A stretch of 64,000 nucleotides of DNA from Adineta vaga. Taxonomy: Eukaryota; Animalia; Rotifera. The notes under the pieces are model-generated. The model did not search any database. It was not told where the DNA came from and saw only the letters and a program-made list of their open reading frames with translations. This document shows, piece after piece, positions 50,741 to 64,000 of this stretch (position 1 is the stretch's first letter; each line of letters starts with the position of its first letter). Both the position numbers and the translations under genes were made by a program. The stretch lies in the NCBI GenBank assembly GCA_021613535.1, contig CP075496.1, forward strand, positions 14,260,001 to 14,324,000, written 5' to 3'.

Positions 50741-52253
50741 TCAAATAACAAGATGAATGAACGATTCATCAATTTCAGCTTGTCTTTTGCATTTGTCACT
50801 TGTAGAGCGAATATCTTCATTAAATGTCTTTTCATTAATTTCGGCGCATTTCACTTGACCCTTTGCAATGATAGTTGTTTGATGAGCTGTTGAAAAATAC
50901 AAGCCAGTTATACAAATGACGTCTCCTTTTTGCAATTCACATTTTGTAATAACATCTTTATGTTGAAGATCACGTACGATGGCGGCACTTAAATTCAATA
51001 GTTATATAACAAAAGAATTGTTTTTTCTTTCACCTTCATAAATGATCTTATCCATTCAACAATCCTGGCCAGATTTTTCTGTGTACTATCACTAAATTGA
51101 TTTAAAATATTGGCTTCCTTTGAAAGATCTCCCGTTTTACCCCATTTCTGTGAAGAAGAATGGTAGATACATTAGACAAAATAATGCTATGTACTGTTGA
51201 CAATGATTGAAAAGCTTCATTCATGTCATCATCATCTTCTGCTGCAGCTGCTGCTCCTCCCCTTTCTTCTTCTTTATTTTCATCTTTATGTATGATGTTC
51301 GTTGAATCTAAATGATAAAAATATAATCGGTGTGAAGCTTCACACTGATGTGTATAATATAGTCAATAGCTTGTACAAAAAAATAAATTGGACCAACCTA
51401 GGATGATGATTTCTGAAGCGGTATTCCGTGATTTTCCGGCTGAAACCTTCAGGAAACGCACGAGTTTCAGTCGGAACCCGCAGGTAAATGCAAGAAAATA
51501 GACGCAGGAATCCGATGGTCCTATATTCGATAGCCAGATTTTTCAGGTTCCTGTCAGTTCCGTCTGGAACCTGATAAAACCTACCACAGGAGCTGTTCAC
51601 GGGATTGCTGCTTCCATGAAAACTCCAGAATTATCCTACTTGGGAATTGTTGGACAAGAGAAAATAATGAACATCATGATTCGTTTATGAACTCTGTAAA
51701 TGAAAGAGTTTAATTTCTTTATATAAAATAATCAATATACAGACTGATTTGTTTTCTCCAAATCCATTTCAAATAAAATAATAATAGTAACAAATGCTGA
51801 AATAATTTTTTCATTCATTCGTAACAATAAATCAAAATTTATGTATGGTCAAGACAGTAGTTCCTGCATGCGGATCCCACCAGATCCTAGAGGAAAGAAG
51901 CTAGAAAAACATCGGATTCTGTGGGAAGACGCCAGAAATTAGCTGGATGTGGAAGCAGTATTCCAACCAGAAATTTGTTCCGGTAGATTCCAATGAGTTT
52001 TCGACAGAAACCGATCAGGAATCATCTGGAAAGGGTCGAAAAGCTTCTAATTGGAATACTGCTTTCATACTCCAGTGATTTCCGGTGTTTTTCTGCCAGA
52101 AACGGCCCGTAATGTTTGGCATGAGTGTTGATGAATTATGGTATAAGTTCATATCTACTTTCATCATAACCAGGGCAAGTTCCATATTCATTTAAATGAT
52201 ATCCTGATGATAAACGAGTTACAGCTTCATTTTTCTCTACTAGCGCCAGTCAT
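50741..52253 (-). pseudogene. Degraded gene with a cNMP-binding-like C-terminus, interrupted by repeats
   Basis: ELQKGDVICITGL..TTIIAKGQVKCAEINEKTF loosely resembles a cyclic-nucleotide-binding fold; upstream exons carry stops and frameshifts. Confidence 0.4.
51395..52127. repeat. Two GC-richer related interspersed repeat copies (~51395-51645 and ~51845-52127)
   Basis: Shared ggaatactgcttcc-like and ccggaa-rich motifs with short internal inverted repeats. Confidence 0.55.
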
Positions 52254-52962
52254 TTTATTTATTTGATAAATGTTAAAAAACACAAAAACGATCAGTTATA
52301 TTATTGTATCACAGGCACAGACAGATCGCGAACAAATAAAAGATAAACGACAACTTATTCAAAAAGGAATGAATCAATTCCTAGTTAAGATTTGGTACAA
52401 AATTTAATAAAATTGTTTTGAATATATACTTCTTTCTATTTATTTAGATAAAACAAATGATTGTTTAATGCGACATCTATTTTATTTTTCTGAAATAGTT
52501 GATAATTGTTGAGGGGCAGATGGATGTAAGAGTTAAATTGAGAGACCATCCACACCCTCAATAATATAAAGTTCGAATGGTTTAAGGACCCAGTCATGAC
52601 TGGCAATGGTGCATCGCTACTACAAGCTGATATCTTTCCAAAAATTAGTAGACATGAACTATGAGAGAAGTGAATTAAAATTAAACTGTCAAACAATACA
52701 GTATGTCCGAAGAAATTTACCTCAGACTGAATAAACGAGTACATAAATTTCGTTCAGTATATATATATTTATTATATTGAGTAGAATTTTACGGAGTCAA
52801 ATAAATCTGCCAGATATCATATAAATATGAAGAAATCTGTCAAATAATTTCTTTTTTCTTCGTCAAGTGAACTATTTGTCAAACGTTGATTAATTTTAAG
52901 GCAGATTACAAAAACAAGTGAAAGAACAGAAACCAAACCAAAATAGATGAAAAGCTATAGTT

Positions 52963-55900
52963 TCAATAATTATAAGGTCGACTTCGTTTAGGAAATCGAT
53001 TATATCCACCACCACGACCACTACGACCACCACGATTATTGTTAGTCCATCCAGGTTGATAAGACGTTGTCGACGGTGTTGATGGATAGAATGCATTATC
53101 AAATTGTCTTTTATTAGTGAACGACGGTGAAGGATTTCCCGAGATAGGAGGCGACATCTCTGATGAATCAGATGAGAAACTAAAAGCAGTACTAGTACCA
53201 CTTGCACTAGAAGGAAAAGAGATCATCATTCTGAAATTGTTTGATTTTTTTTCTTACGTATTCGTTGGTTGATATGGTTGTTGATATGTATTATTACCTC
53301 GATAATTAAATCTACTAAACGAACGATTACGTCCACCACCATAAAACGATCTTTGTTGATATCCTCGATTTGGTTGATAGTTAATTGATGATTCACTAAA
53401 TCATTTTTCATTTTGAAATAGAATAATTAATACGAAAAGAAATGATATTGTTTACTTAGAATTTGAATTTGTAGTTTGTGGTATTTCATCATTTTCAATA
53501 ACTTTTTCACATAAAACATGTTCAAGTTGTTGATCAGATAACAAACGAATTAAATTACATAATTGATCAATAGATGGTGGATGATTTATAATCTCATTTG
53601 GATCTTGTGTACATCGTATAATTAAAGCTTCAATTGCTGGACGAATCGATACAATTTTCGAAGCTAAATCGATATCCATATTCAATAAAATCCTAAATAT
53701 AATTTCCAATAAAATTCTTTTATCAAATTTCTCAAAATACAAACCAATTATCAAGACAAACAAGATTTGATTCCGTCACATCAACTTGATCAGAAGCAAA
53801 TAATAATAATTGAACTGGAGTTGATATTGACATTTGTTTCGCTGATACAGCACGAGTTTTTATCTTAATTTACAAATGAATTGATTTCATTCAAATTTCA
53901 ATATTTATCATTACTTTTTCTGTAAAAACAAAAAATGGTGATGGAAATATTGGAATTTCTCGTCCACAATTAACTGAATTCTTATGTATTAAAGCTTCTT
54001 TTCCTTCTGTTGTTAATAATTTTCTTTTTGATACATGAAAACAAACATTTGGATAAAGTGCATAACAAAGAAGTGATATTACCTAAAGATTAAATAGAGC
54101 AATTTCAATAAAAATTCGTAGAAAGAGAGTTATTTATACAATATCTAATCGCGAATGTGATTGTTCAACATCAAACCATTGAGATGAAAAACATTCTTCA
54201 GGAAAACCTGACATTATCATTATATCTCGAAGTTGATTCTACAAGAAAAAAAATAAATTATTTGAAAACAAAAACTCGACAATAACGGATACCCGTGCTT
54301 CATAAGTCATTCGCATTGTTGATAAATTCAAACATTTTCGTTCACAAAATTCCATTTCTGCTCGTTCACCATTTCGATTTCTAAAAGCAAATTTCTCTTT
54401 CAAAAACCTGTTCGAAATAAAACTAACTTTTCTCTTTCGAATTGTTGAAATGCATTGAGTAAAGCGACATGATCTGAAAAACGATTTCCTGCAAGATTTC
54501 GATGCATATGTCGCAAATGTTTTCCATCATGTAAAAATGGTTCGGGAAAACTTGTTGCCGATGCGATTATACATGCTGCATCACCGACACTAAAATATTT
54601 TCAAGGACAAATATTTTTTATTAATTCACAGAACGAAACAAAATTTCATTCGTTTTTTTCTTTTTTCATTTCTTTCAAAAAACAAACAGATTTCAACAAT
54701 GCCAAATTTTCGTATTTGTTTTCTTTATGGAAGTTATCATCCTGTAACAATCGATGAACCTGTAATAACATTAGAAATCTTACGTAAAGAAATCGAATGT
54801 CGTCTTCCAAAATATCGTGCATTAAAAGATTTTACATGTACAATTAGTGGTAAACCTCCTCATAAACTTGATTTAAATAATGAAGAAGAATTTAATAAAC
54901 ATCGAACATTAATCACCGATGGATGTTATATATGGTTAAAATTTAATTTTTAATTTACCTGAAAATACAACCTAAAATAATCATTTTACCAATCTTTGGA
55001 TCAATTGGTAATCGAGCTAAGATCTTTCCAAGTGGTGTTAATTCATTATTATCATCAATGGCTTGCATTTCTAAATATTAATAAATAATTTCTTGTTTTT
55101 CCTTTTTCAAATTCAAATAAATTTTCATACGTTTAAGTGTAAATTCTGCTTCAGCAACTGCATCCATTGGTGGTTGTTCAATAGCTTTCGATAAAAATGC
55201 TTTAATATCACCTAATTTTAATAATTTAATCGCTAAAGCAAGTTCATGTAAAGGTGTTCGAAAGATTTCAGGTAATAAATAATTATCTAAAGCTTGATAA
55301 CGTGCTTTTGAACATAAATAGAAACAACATCCGGATCTTGTTCGACCAGCTCGGCCACGTCGTTGTGTTAAATTTGTTTTCGATGCCCAAATAGTGACAT
55401 AATTTGTCATATTATTGCGTGATGAAAATAATTTTTGTTTAACTTTACAACAATCAATAACATAAACAATATCATCAATAGTTACACTTGATTCAGCAAT
55501 ATTTGTTGAAAGAATGATTTTCTTTATACCAGTTGGTACACGTTCGAATACACGATGTTGTTCATCACGTGGTAATTGAGAATGTAAGGGAAGAAATCGA
55601 AAACCAGCAGAACCTGAAGAAATATTTTCGAAAGTAAAGATCGTTTTATTGAATCAAAGAAAATTACTAAATCGTGGATGTTGTTGGAAATATTTGAGTA
55701 ATGCTTGAATTAAATTCCATCCAGGAAGAAATACTAAAATAGCACCGTCATCACCCAAACTACATATATAGGATATTAATGCCTAAAAAAGATTAGACAA
55801 ATTTTATTTTGATTTCACTTCTTAGGAAAACGTTTTACTTCAATTAATTCAAATGAAAGAGTTTTTTCACTTAATTGACTCATTACTGATGCTGTTTGTG

Positions 55901-58668
55901 GAGAATATTGTTGATCACAAATTGTATTGTAATTGATATCCTTAATAATAAGAAGAAATGAAATACTTATTCAAAATTAATTCAATTGAAATACTTCGAT
56001 ATCATCAGTTTGAGAATCTTCATAACCTAAATCTTCATCATCATCTTGAATTTGTCGATTTTGTTTTCGATTTGTTGATGTGGAATTGATTGATTGAAAA
56101 TTTAATAATTGAATAATATCTTCGAGAAAATATTCTCGAACATCAAATACACGTCCTTCAATTTCAATAATTGAACAATTAAAAAAATAATCACGAAATA
56201 AAGTTACATCAATTGTTGCTAAAATAGATTTTATTCTTTTTGTATTTATTTTGAAAAATTATTCTTTCGAATATACCAGACATAAGTATTACTTTCATTT
56301 GAGGATAAGCATTGAGCATATCACGTAATAAAACTAATAAAAAATCTGTATTGATATCACGTTCATCTAGAAGAATAAAATCTTGAGATTCAATTGAATA
56401 ATTTTGTATTTACTTACGAATTTCATCAACAATAACATGAGATATTCCTCGTAAACCACTTTCTAATTTACGTAAAAGAACACCAACTGTACAAAAAAGT
56501 ATTGAACCATAAGGACGAGGAAGAATGGATTCAAAACGAACACTATAACCACATGAACTACCTAATTCTTCACATCGTTCTAAGACAGAAAAAAAATATA
56601 AAGTAATTTCATTTCATCAAATTAAAATTTACCCCAAGCAACACGCTCAGCAATAGAAATTGCACTGATCCGTCGTGGTTGAGTAACAACAATATTACAA
56701 AAAGCACCTTGATTATGTTCAATAGCATCATCGATAATATATTGAGGAATCTAATGGAATTTATTTGGTTAAAACTAAGAAGCAAAAGGGTTTTTATTGA
56801 TGAATTTACTTGTGTAGTTTTTCCACAACCGGTTGCACCACGGATAAGAATAACATTATGTCGTTTGATCTGTTCAAGAATTTGTTGTCGATAGGAGAAG
56901 ACTGGTAAATTTTGACGTTCTTGAAGACGAAATTTTAATTCATTTTCGGTTTTATATTGTTCTGAGCGTTGTAAATCTTCACTAATTGATTCCATTGTTG
57001 CTGTTGATAATGGTCCTTCATCAATATTTGATGCTATCCAAGGATTCCAGTTTGGTATTGGTGGAACCCATTGAATAATTGATGATGTTGTACGACGTTC
57101 ACTTAAAGGAAAATGTTCTAAAACTTGTCGATTTAATAAAGATTTTTCTGATTGTTGTTCATTGATCTAATTACAAAGATATTTCAAGATTTTTCAAATC
57201 TTCAAAACATTCGATTCCTTTTACCACAACTGGTTGAATATTAAATAATTGAATAACACGATCAAGTTCTTCAATAATTTCCTGACTAACATTAACACGA
57301 AATGGTGTTGTCTATTAAAAAAAATAGATTTCTTTTTCCTTCACTTTTACTATTAAATTAAATTTACTTTTTCAATTTGTTTTTTCTTCTTTTCACCCGT
57401 AAATGTTTCAATAAGATTTAAATGAAATAATTGTCGAACAAGTGCAAGTGCGCAACTTTTCGATGCAATTTGTTTTGTTGATCCATTTTCTCTTGCATGA
57501 ATTGCTAAAGAAAAAAGAAAAAGTAAAAGATCTTATTCTTGAGATTTTGTTTTCTTAATTACTTTGATTTCGTTCTCGAATATAAACAGATAATTCAGCA
57601 AAAAATGTTCTAGAATATGTACGATCATTGAAAACATTCTATAAATGAACAAGGAAAAGAAATGACCAATGCCAAATCTTCATTTTATTTGTCTTTTTAG
57701 AATTTACGATCAATCAATCTCGACTAAAATATAAAATCAAGATTGATTGATCTTTTGTTAGTGAGAAATTATCGAAGTAATGGCATTGATCATTTTTCCT
57801 CGTGACAAGTTTTTCACTGAAATGAAAATGAAAACAAACCGAAGATTATCTGGTCCACTAGCGGTGTATTTATATTCTTGAGGAAGATTATTCTTTTGTA
57901 AATATTGATGTAAACGTCCTTTAGCATTTTCAATTGTCCAATTTCCATGAATTGATGCATTTGTATCTGTTTCTTCTTGCTTTAAAAACAATAATTCAAT
58001 CAAAGAATATTGATCAATCAATCATCAACAAACCTCTTCGAGCATTCTACGACCCGAATGAATTTGTTCAAGATAAGTACTAGGTGGTCCTGGTCGGTAT
58101 GGAAGGAGAACAGATGATGAATCATTCGTATCTATAGAATAAAGATTATAGTAAAAACAATGAATATATTTATATAATTCACTTTTTGTGGTTGTATGTT
58201 CAAGCATATGTGGTGGCATAAGACCACCAGGTAATGTTCCAAGTGTTTGAGTCGTTAGAACAGATGAATTTTTTGATGGCTAGAATATACTTGACAAAAT
58301 AATAAACTGAATTTATTAAAAGATAAATAATTTACTAAATACGGTTCAAGTTCATTTTGTGGCATTTTCCCTTCGCGAACTAAATATTGACAAAAATCAA
58401 TAGCTGCATTTGTTTGAGCATCTTTTTTGTTCGTCGAATTTCCTACAGCGGTATATGAATATGTCACTACAGTTAACTAAATTATTAATAGATAGAAAAG
58501 ATATTTTATTCTAATGTAAAGACTTACTTCACATTTAAATCGAATTCTTTGTTTGGTACCTTGTTGAGAAATGTCATAGGATGGAAGTTTATTTTGTTTA
58601 CCTAACCATGCGTAGAGAAAACCTTTTATATCTCCAAAATTTCCACCAACAGAAGTTGATGAAGTCAT
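52963..58668 (-). CDS. DHX9: ATP-dependent RNA helicase A (DHX9/maleless), multi-exon
   Basis: dsRBD1 [12 protein letters not shown], dsRBD2 [39 protein letters not shown]|[32 protein letters not shown] tail. Confidence 0.96.
54699..54953 (+). CDS. Nested antisense 84-aa gene inside a DHX9 intron (possible ubiquitin-like fold)
   Basis: ATG in aacaATG context and gene-like codon usage; fills intron 54590-54958, which is 369 nt against ~55 nt for most DHX9 introns. Confidence 0.7.
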   Translation: MPNFRICFLYGSYHPVTIDEPVITLEILRKEIECRLPKYRALKDFTCTISGKPPHKLDLNNEEEFNKHRTLITDGCYIWLKFNF

Positions 58669-59409
58669 GATTGATTAAACAAAAGGTTATTTTGAAAAAG
58701 AATCAACGTTGATCATCAATATTATAAATTTAACTCAAACTCAACCAAGTGAAACTATTATTAGTCATTCGATTCAGTTCGTTGGTTAATATACAGACAA
58801 ATCTAAAAGATAATAAAAGCTTATGTTAAGAAAAATCAGTGACATCTATTCGATTGGTTACACATCATGTAATTTAGAGTAACAAATATGTTCTCAATTA
58901 CTTTCCAGAAGATTTCGACCGTTTTGTTACGTTATCATCCTCGATGGGTTTATTATACCTTTCATACATACATAATCGAATAGTAATCAGAGCATTTTTT
59001 ATTTGTGAAACAACTCTCATCTACAATAAGATATAGGGGCATAGTAGAACTTCGAGAAATTAATATTGCAATCACAAGAATGAGCTTCTGTCAAAGGAAT
59101 CTTTTCACTAGATCAAAGATTACAGTGACCCTTGTTGAAAAGAAAAACATAGACATGATAAAAATAGATCGAATGTCTTCAAGTTAATTTCCGTTACAAC
59201 AGTGCGGGTGTTTTTTTCACCCTCACCCTCAAGGTCAAACAATCCAACATCAGATTCGGATACATGAAAAAATGTTTTTGTATATTACATATGAGACATT
59301 TTCTTATGTTAAGGACCAAAGAATTATCTCTAATCTTTTATGTATAGAAATATAGCAATATAAATAATGATTATAATTGATTAAAAGAAAGCAAGAAAAA
59401 ACAGTAGAA

Positions 59410-60033
59410 TTAAAGTTTAGCAAACGCTTTCGCAAGTTTTTGATTATCTATAGCATATTCTTGTTCCCATTGAGAAACATATGTTTTGTAAATAGTACCA
59501 TCATCATCATCGACATCTGTTTCTGCTACCATTTCTAAAACTTTTCGTTGACATGATTTAAACTTTTCCAGATCATTTCGTTCACAATAATAAGCATTTA
59601 ATTCATCTTTTGAACAAATCATTTTCATTTGATTTTTCCAAACTTTGATTCGATTATAACGATTTGTTTGATTTCCCAAAATATCAAAATATCGTTTATA
59701 AATTGGTTCTTTTGTTAATTGAATTAATTGATGAAGAGTAGACATACATGTTGATGAATGAGATGATCGAGAGATTTTTGTTCCATTACCTAAACATTTT
59801 TCATTGAAATGATTTTCACTAAGTAATGTATAAAGATTCTCTTCTTCATCTGGACAACATTCAGCTATAGCCCGACATCGAAATTCATAAGCTTGACGAG
59901 ATGGTCCAATAGGTGATCGATCAAGAAATTCTTTATGTAATCTCACTAATTCATTTAGATCAGTTTCGATCGTTGATGGAAGAATAGAACCAGTAGCTAA
60001 AGACAAAAGTATAGGAAAAATTCGAATAAACAT
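59410..60033 (-). CDS. Secreted Cys-containing helical protein of unknown function (207 aa)
   Basis: Signal peptide MFIRIFPILLSLATG; CRAIAECCP and several further Cys; intronless ORF. Confidence 0.75.
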   Translation of the reverse strand: MFIRIFPILLSLATGSILPSTIETDLNELVRLHKEFLDRSPIGPSRQAYEFRCRAIAECCPDEEENLYTLLSENHFNEKCLGNGTKISRSSHSSTCMSTLHQLIQLTKEPIYKRYFDILGNQTNRYNRIKVWKNQMKMICSKDELNAYYCERNDLEKFKSCQRKVLEMVAETDVDDDDGTIYKTYVSQWEQEYAIDNQKLAKAFAKL

Positions 60034-60329
60034 TGTCGTAAATGAACAATTGTTCGAATGATAAATTACAATCCTTTAGATTATAGAAGGAGAACAGAGG
60101 GAGGAAGAAAAGAAATTTGTATACGACACACTCTTAATCCTTAAAACGAAGTATGACATTGATTATACATACGTGCATTTCAAATGAAGACGAGATAATT
60201 ACTAAGGTTATCAAATGAAAATTAGTCAAGACATAATTTATAAAAATAGAAATATTTCAGCGCAAATTCTTAAATAAAATTACAATCGTCTTTTTTTTGT
60301 CGATATAATATTTCATTTTTAATGTTCAA

Positions 60330-60832
60330 ATGAATTATATTCTCTCACTTATACCAAGATTAAAAAAGATCCGAACAAAAACTAAAATATCTTCAATTGT
60401 TCGAGAAAATGAAAATAAAATATCAAACAACAACAGCAATAATAATTATAATCTTTCCAACAATGACGAATTTCATTTAATCACATATGAAAACTTTTCT
60501 TCCAGTCACATATGTAATCGTGATGTAAATTTTATCTTCATATTAATTCATTTGAAATACTTTCTCTTTAGATACGTAATATACCATTATCAAAACCATA
60601 TGATACTGATTTTGATCGTCTTCGTTCATGTTCTATGTTGACAATGTCAGATTTAATCGGACGATATCTAATTCATAAAACACCAGAAGACTTTCGAGAA
60701 TTTTTAATCAAAAAAATTCATTGTAGTCAATTATTTGTTAACGAAATTATACAATTAATTGAAATCTGGATATTACATAATTTACAAATTGGACGAGGCA
60801 CACGAACACAAACACTTCAACAATATTTATAA
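60330..60832 (+). CDS. Divergent barrier-to-autointegration factor (BAF)-like protein
   Basis: Intron 60525-60571; YENFSSSHICNRD|IRNIPLSKPYDTDFDRLRSCSMLTMSDLIGRYLIHKTPEDFREFL..EIIQLIEIWILHNL follows the BAF pattern (LGQFL...F.EWL...L.EW...L). Confidence 0.65.
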
Positions 60833-61246
60833 ATATTCATAGAAATATAATTCTCTTTTGTTTTTTACATATAAACTTCGACTCTTTCTCATTAATCCGA
60901 TATGATTTTTTCAAAGTTCATTCAGGACATAAATTTGAAATAGATTTCTCAAAGTTTATTTAAATCAATATACTTAAAAGCTAGGTGTCGCACGTAAACA
61001 AAGATAAAATTGAATTTTTTTTACATAAAACATTGCCTTAAATATCATTGCAAATAAAATCTTGATATTTTTTTAAATTGTTTTCATAAAGATTTGTTTA
61101 ATTGAAGAATAAGAATAGGATTGGTTAAATAACATTCGATAAGTCGTTTTCTTCAATTCAAATAGTTCTCTGTTCAAATCATTGCACAACAAGATTGTAA
61201 TACTTCATTTTCTTAACTTTTACATTCATTTTTCGAGAAAATAATC

Positions 61247-64000
61247 ATGGATGAAAGTGAGTTTCGTGCGGAATATGCTAAATCTGATCGATCAACATGT
61301 AAAGGATGTCGATCAACAATTAATAAAGATTCATTACGATTAGCAATTATGGTTCAATCACCGAATTTCGATGGAAAAGTCAGATTGATTGAAAATAAAT
61401 CTATTTAATAACCGTAAACGAATATTTTTGTTTAGATTCCAACATGGTATCATACAAGTTGTTTTTTTAAAAAAGTTAAACCAGTTGCTGCAGAAATCAT
61501 CAAAGGTTTTGAAGATCTTCGTTGGGATGATCAAGAAAAACTTCGTGAAAAAGTCGAAGGAAAAACTTCAAAAGATTCAAGTAGAAAAAATCTTTTCTTT
61601 TTCATAAGAAATTATTGAATTCTCTTTTCTTCTCTAGGTGGAAAATCTAACAATACAGACGATCATTCCAGTACATTTAGTGTTGAATATGCTCGATCAA
61701 ATCGAAGTACATGTCATGGTTGTAATGAGAAAATCGACAAAGATACTGTTCGTTTATCCAGAAAAGTTTTATCATCACATACTGTTGTTCCAACTGATCA
61801 ATGGTATCATATTGATTGTTTTAAAGAACAAAAAGATGAACTTCTTTTTGATGGAAATGCTGAAACGTTTGTATTTGATTTCTTCGGATTCATTTGTTTA
61901 TTTATATGAAATTAATTTAGATTCGTTGGATTTAATAATTTGAATAAAGAAGATCAAACAGAATTAAAAAAGAAATTTGGATCGGCAAATGTAAATAGAA
62001 AACGTAAAGGAGAAAAAGTATTGAGTATAATTGGAGATAATGATGAAGCACCAAAAGTAAAACAATCAAAATTAGAAGAAAATACCAATTCAACATCTGA
62101 ACAAGATGAAATTCGTTTGAAAAAAGTTTGTTATTGTCTTTTCTAAACAAACATTTCACTCTTTCTTCATAGGAACAAAGTGAATTACTTTGGAAATATA
62201 AAGATGCATTAAGAAAAGAAGTACCAAATGATGTTTTAAAAGAATTACTTGAACATAATCAACAAAAAATTGCAACTGGTGAATCTCATGTAAGAAACAT
62301 TGCTTATTCTATCTTTCATTTCATTATATTTATATTTCTAGTTAATCGATACTGTTGCTGATTGTATGGCATTCGGTACATTAGAACATTGTCCGGAATG
62401 TGGAGGATTTCTTGTATTTGGGTAAATCAGATCATTTTTCTCGAAAAAATATTCATTGTTCTCAATGTGTTATGTTTAGTTACACATGTTATCGTTGTAC
62501 AGGTGATGTAACTGAATGGACAAAATGTTCTTATACAACAACAACACCAACACGAAAAGCATTTGATATTCCAAGTGACATTAAAACAGAATATGATGCT
62601 TTTAAATCATATAAATATAAAAAACGTGATCGAATCTTGGCGAAAGTCGTGGAAAACCAAGTCACAATCGAAAAAACACCAGAAGTTCCACGAGTTATTA
62701 AAGAGTAAAAATTTTTCGATTTTGTTATAGAGTAATTGTTCGTTTCATTTTAGACCAACATATGATTCAAATTTACCATTATCTGGTTATATTGTCGCAT
62801 CAGCTGGTCGATTATCAAGTTCAGTTGCAACAATACAAAAGGAAGTTGAACGTTTAGGTGGAACATTTTCATCTAAAATTGATGAAACTGTTGGAATTGT
62901 TATTAGTTCACAAGGTATTTCATTTTCTAACAATTTAATCTTTGTTTCATTTTCTGTCTTTGTTCTTTTAGATGAAATTCAAAAGAAGAGTAAAAAACTT
63001 CAAGAAGCTGAATCATTAAATATTCATATTGTATCGGAAGAATTTCTAAAAGAAATTCGAAATGATCGTCCATCAATAATTATGGAAAAATGTAAAATCT
63101 CAACATGGGGAATTTTACCTCATATTCGACAACAAACATCAGCAGATCTGGAAGCAAAAAAGAAATCTGGACGACAAACATTTTCAACAGCATCTGCGAA
63201 ATCTGATGGTAAATTTTTTCGATCATCATCATCGAGATCAATCAATATTTTCCTATTTTCATTTAGCACGATTAAATAAATCAGTACCTGATAAAGTCAA
63301 ATTAAAATTGAAAGATGGAGCTGCAGTTGATCCCGATTCAGGTTTAGAAGATACATGTCATGTTTTAAAAGATACACAAACCAATGGAATCTTTGCTGCT
63401 GTTCTTGGTCTTGTTGATATCACCCGTGGAACAAATTCTTATTATAAATTACAATTATTAGAATCAGATAATGGTCGACAATGGTTTGTCTTTCGAGCAT
63501 GATAAGTTTTATCAATTGATTTCATTCAAAATGTTTTAATTTCTTTTCTTTTTCTACGGGTCGAACAGGTACAATCTATGGTGGAACTAAAGTTGATGAA
63601 TATAGTCGAAAGACAGATGCAATTGATGCATTTCATACGGTCTTTCTTGATAAAACAGGAAATCAATGGACTGAAAGAGACAATTTTCAAAAATTACCAA
63701 ATAAACATTATCCTTTGGAAATCGATTATGGTCAACATGGTGATAATGATCAAATGCAAAAATTACTTGATAGTGCTAATTTAAATATTCAATCAAAATT
63801 ACCTAGTCCTGTTCAAGATCTTGTTAAAATGATTTTTAATGTTGAAACAATGAAACAAGCTTTATTATCATTTGAAATTGATTTAACAAAAATGCCACTC
63901 GGTAAATTATCAAAAAATCAATTAGATAAAGCTTATAAAGTTTTAACTGAATTACAAACATTAATTACAAGTGGTATAACAACATCCAAAACAGCTATTA
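61247..64000 (+). CDS. PARP1: Poly(ADP-ribose) polymerase 1 (partial, continues beyond the window)
   Basis: [14 protein letters not shown] (ZnF1), [14 protein letters not shown] (ZnF2), [15 protein letters not shown] (ZnF3), [36 protein letters not shown]. Confidence 0.97.
63502..63557 (+). other. AT-AC intron with U2-like signals in PARP1
   Basis: TG|ATAAGT...ttcttttctttttctAC|GGGTCGA restores FRAWGRTGT of the WGR domain. Confidence 0.85.

Noticed and set aside
63500-63502. Premature stop making PARP1 a pseudogene
   Set aside because: The TGA spans an exon/AT-AC intron boundary; splicing restores the frame.

Overview
AT-rich, gene-dense eukaryotic (metazoan) DNA with very short, mostly 50-60 nt introns. 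The gene families present (DYW-type PPR, F-box/LRR-like repeats, Apple+NHL proteins, divergent nuclear receptor) suggest a bdelloid rotifer; this is an inference. Housekeeping genes: nucleoredoxin-like, ATP synthase gamma, DNA primase small subunit, GST-omega, DHX9 and PARP1 (runs off the window end). Accessory content is rich. (i) A secreted polyprotein carries five tandem, C-amidated, dermaseptin-like cationic peptides, with a dead single-peptide paralog beside it. (ii) A 2.8-kb TIR-bounded, TA-flanked, transposase-less element carries an intact two-exon 8-Cys defensin-like gene that the ORF track misses. (iii) There are five LOTUS (OST-HTH) loci, one of them tail-anchored. (iv) A ~5.9-kb direct segmental duplication (LOTUS-TM, PPR-DYW, Kv) shows reciprocal gene loss. 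(v) Two AT-AC introns occur, a U12-type one in PRIM1 and a U2-like one in PARP1. (vi) An antisense ORF fills an enlarged DHX9 intron. (vii) There are divergent CDC37-, BAF- and Musashi-like genes and a probable Penelope-type minimal hammerhead ribozyme. Exon boundaries were read by eye and family calls come from recalled motifs, not database searches.
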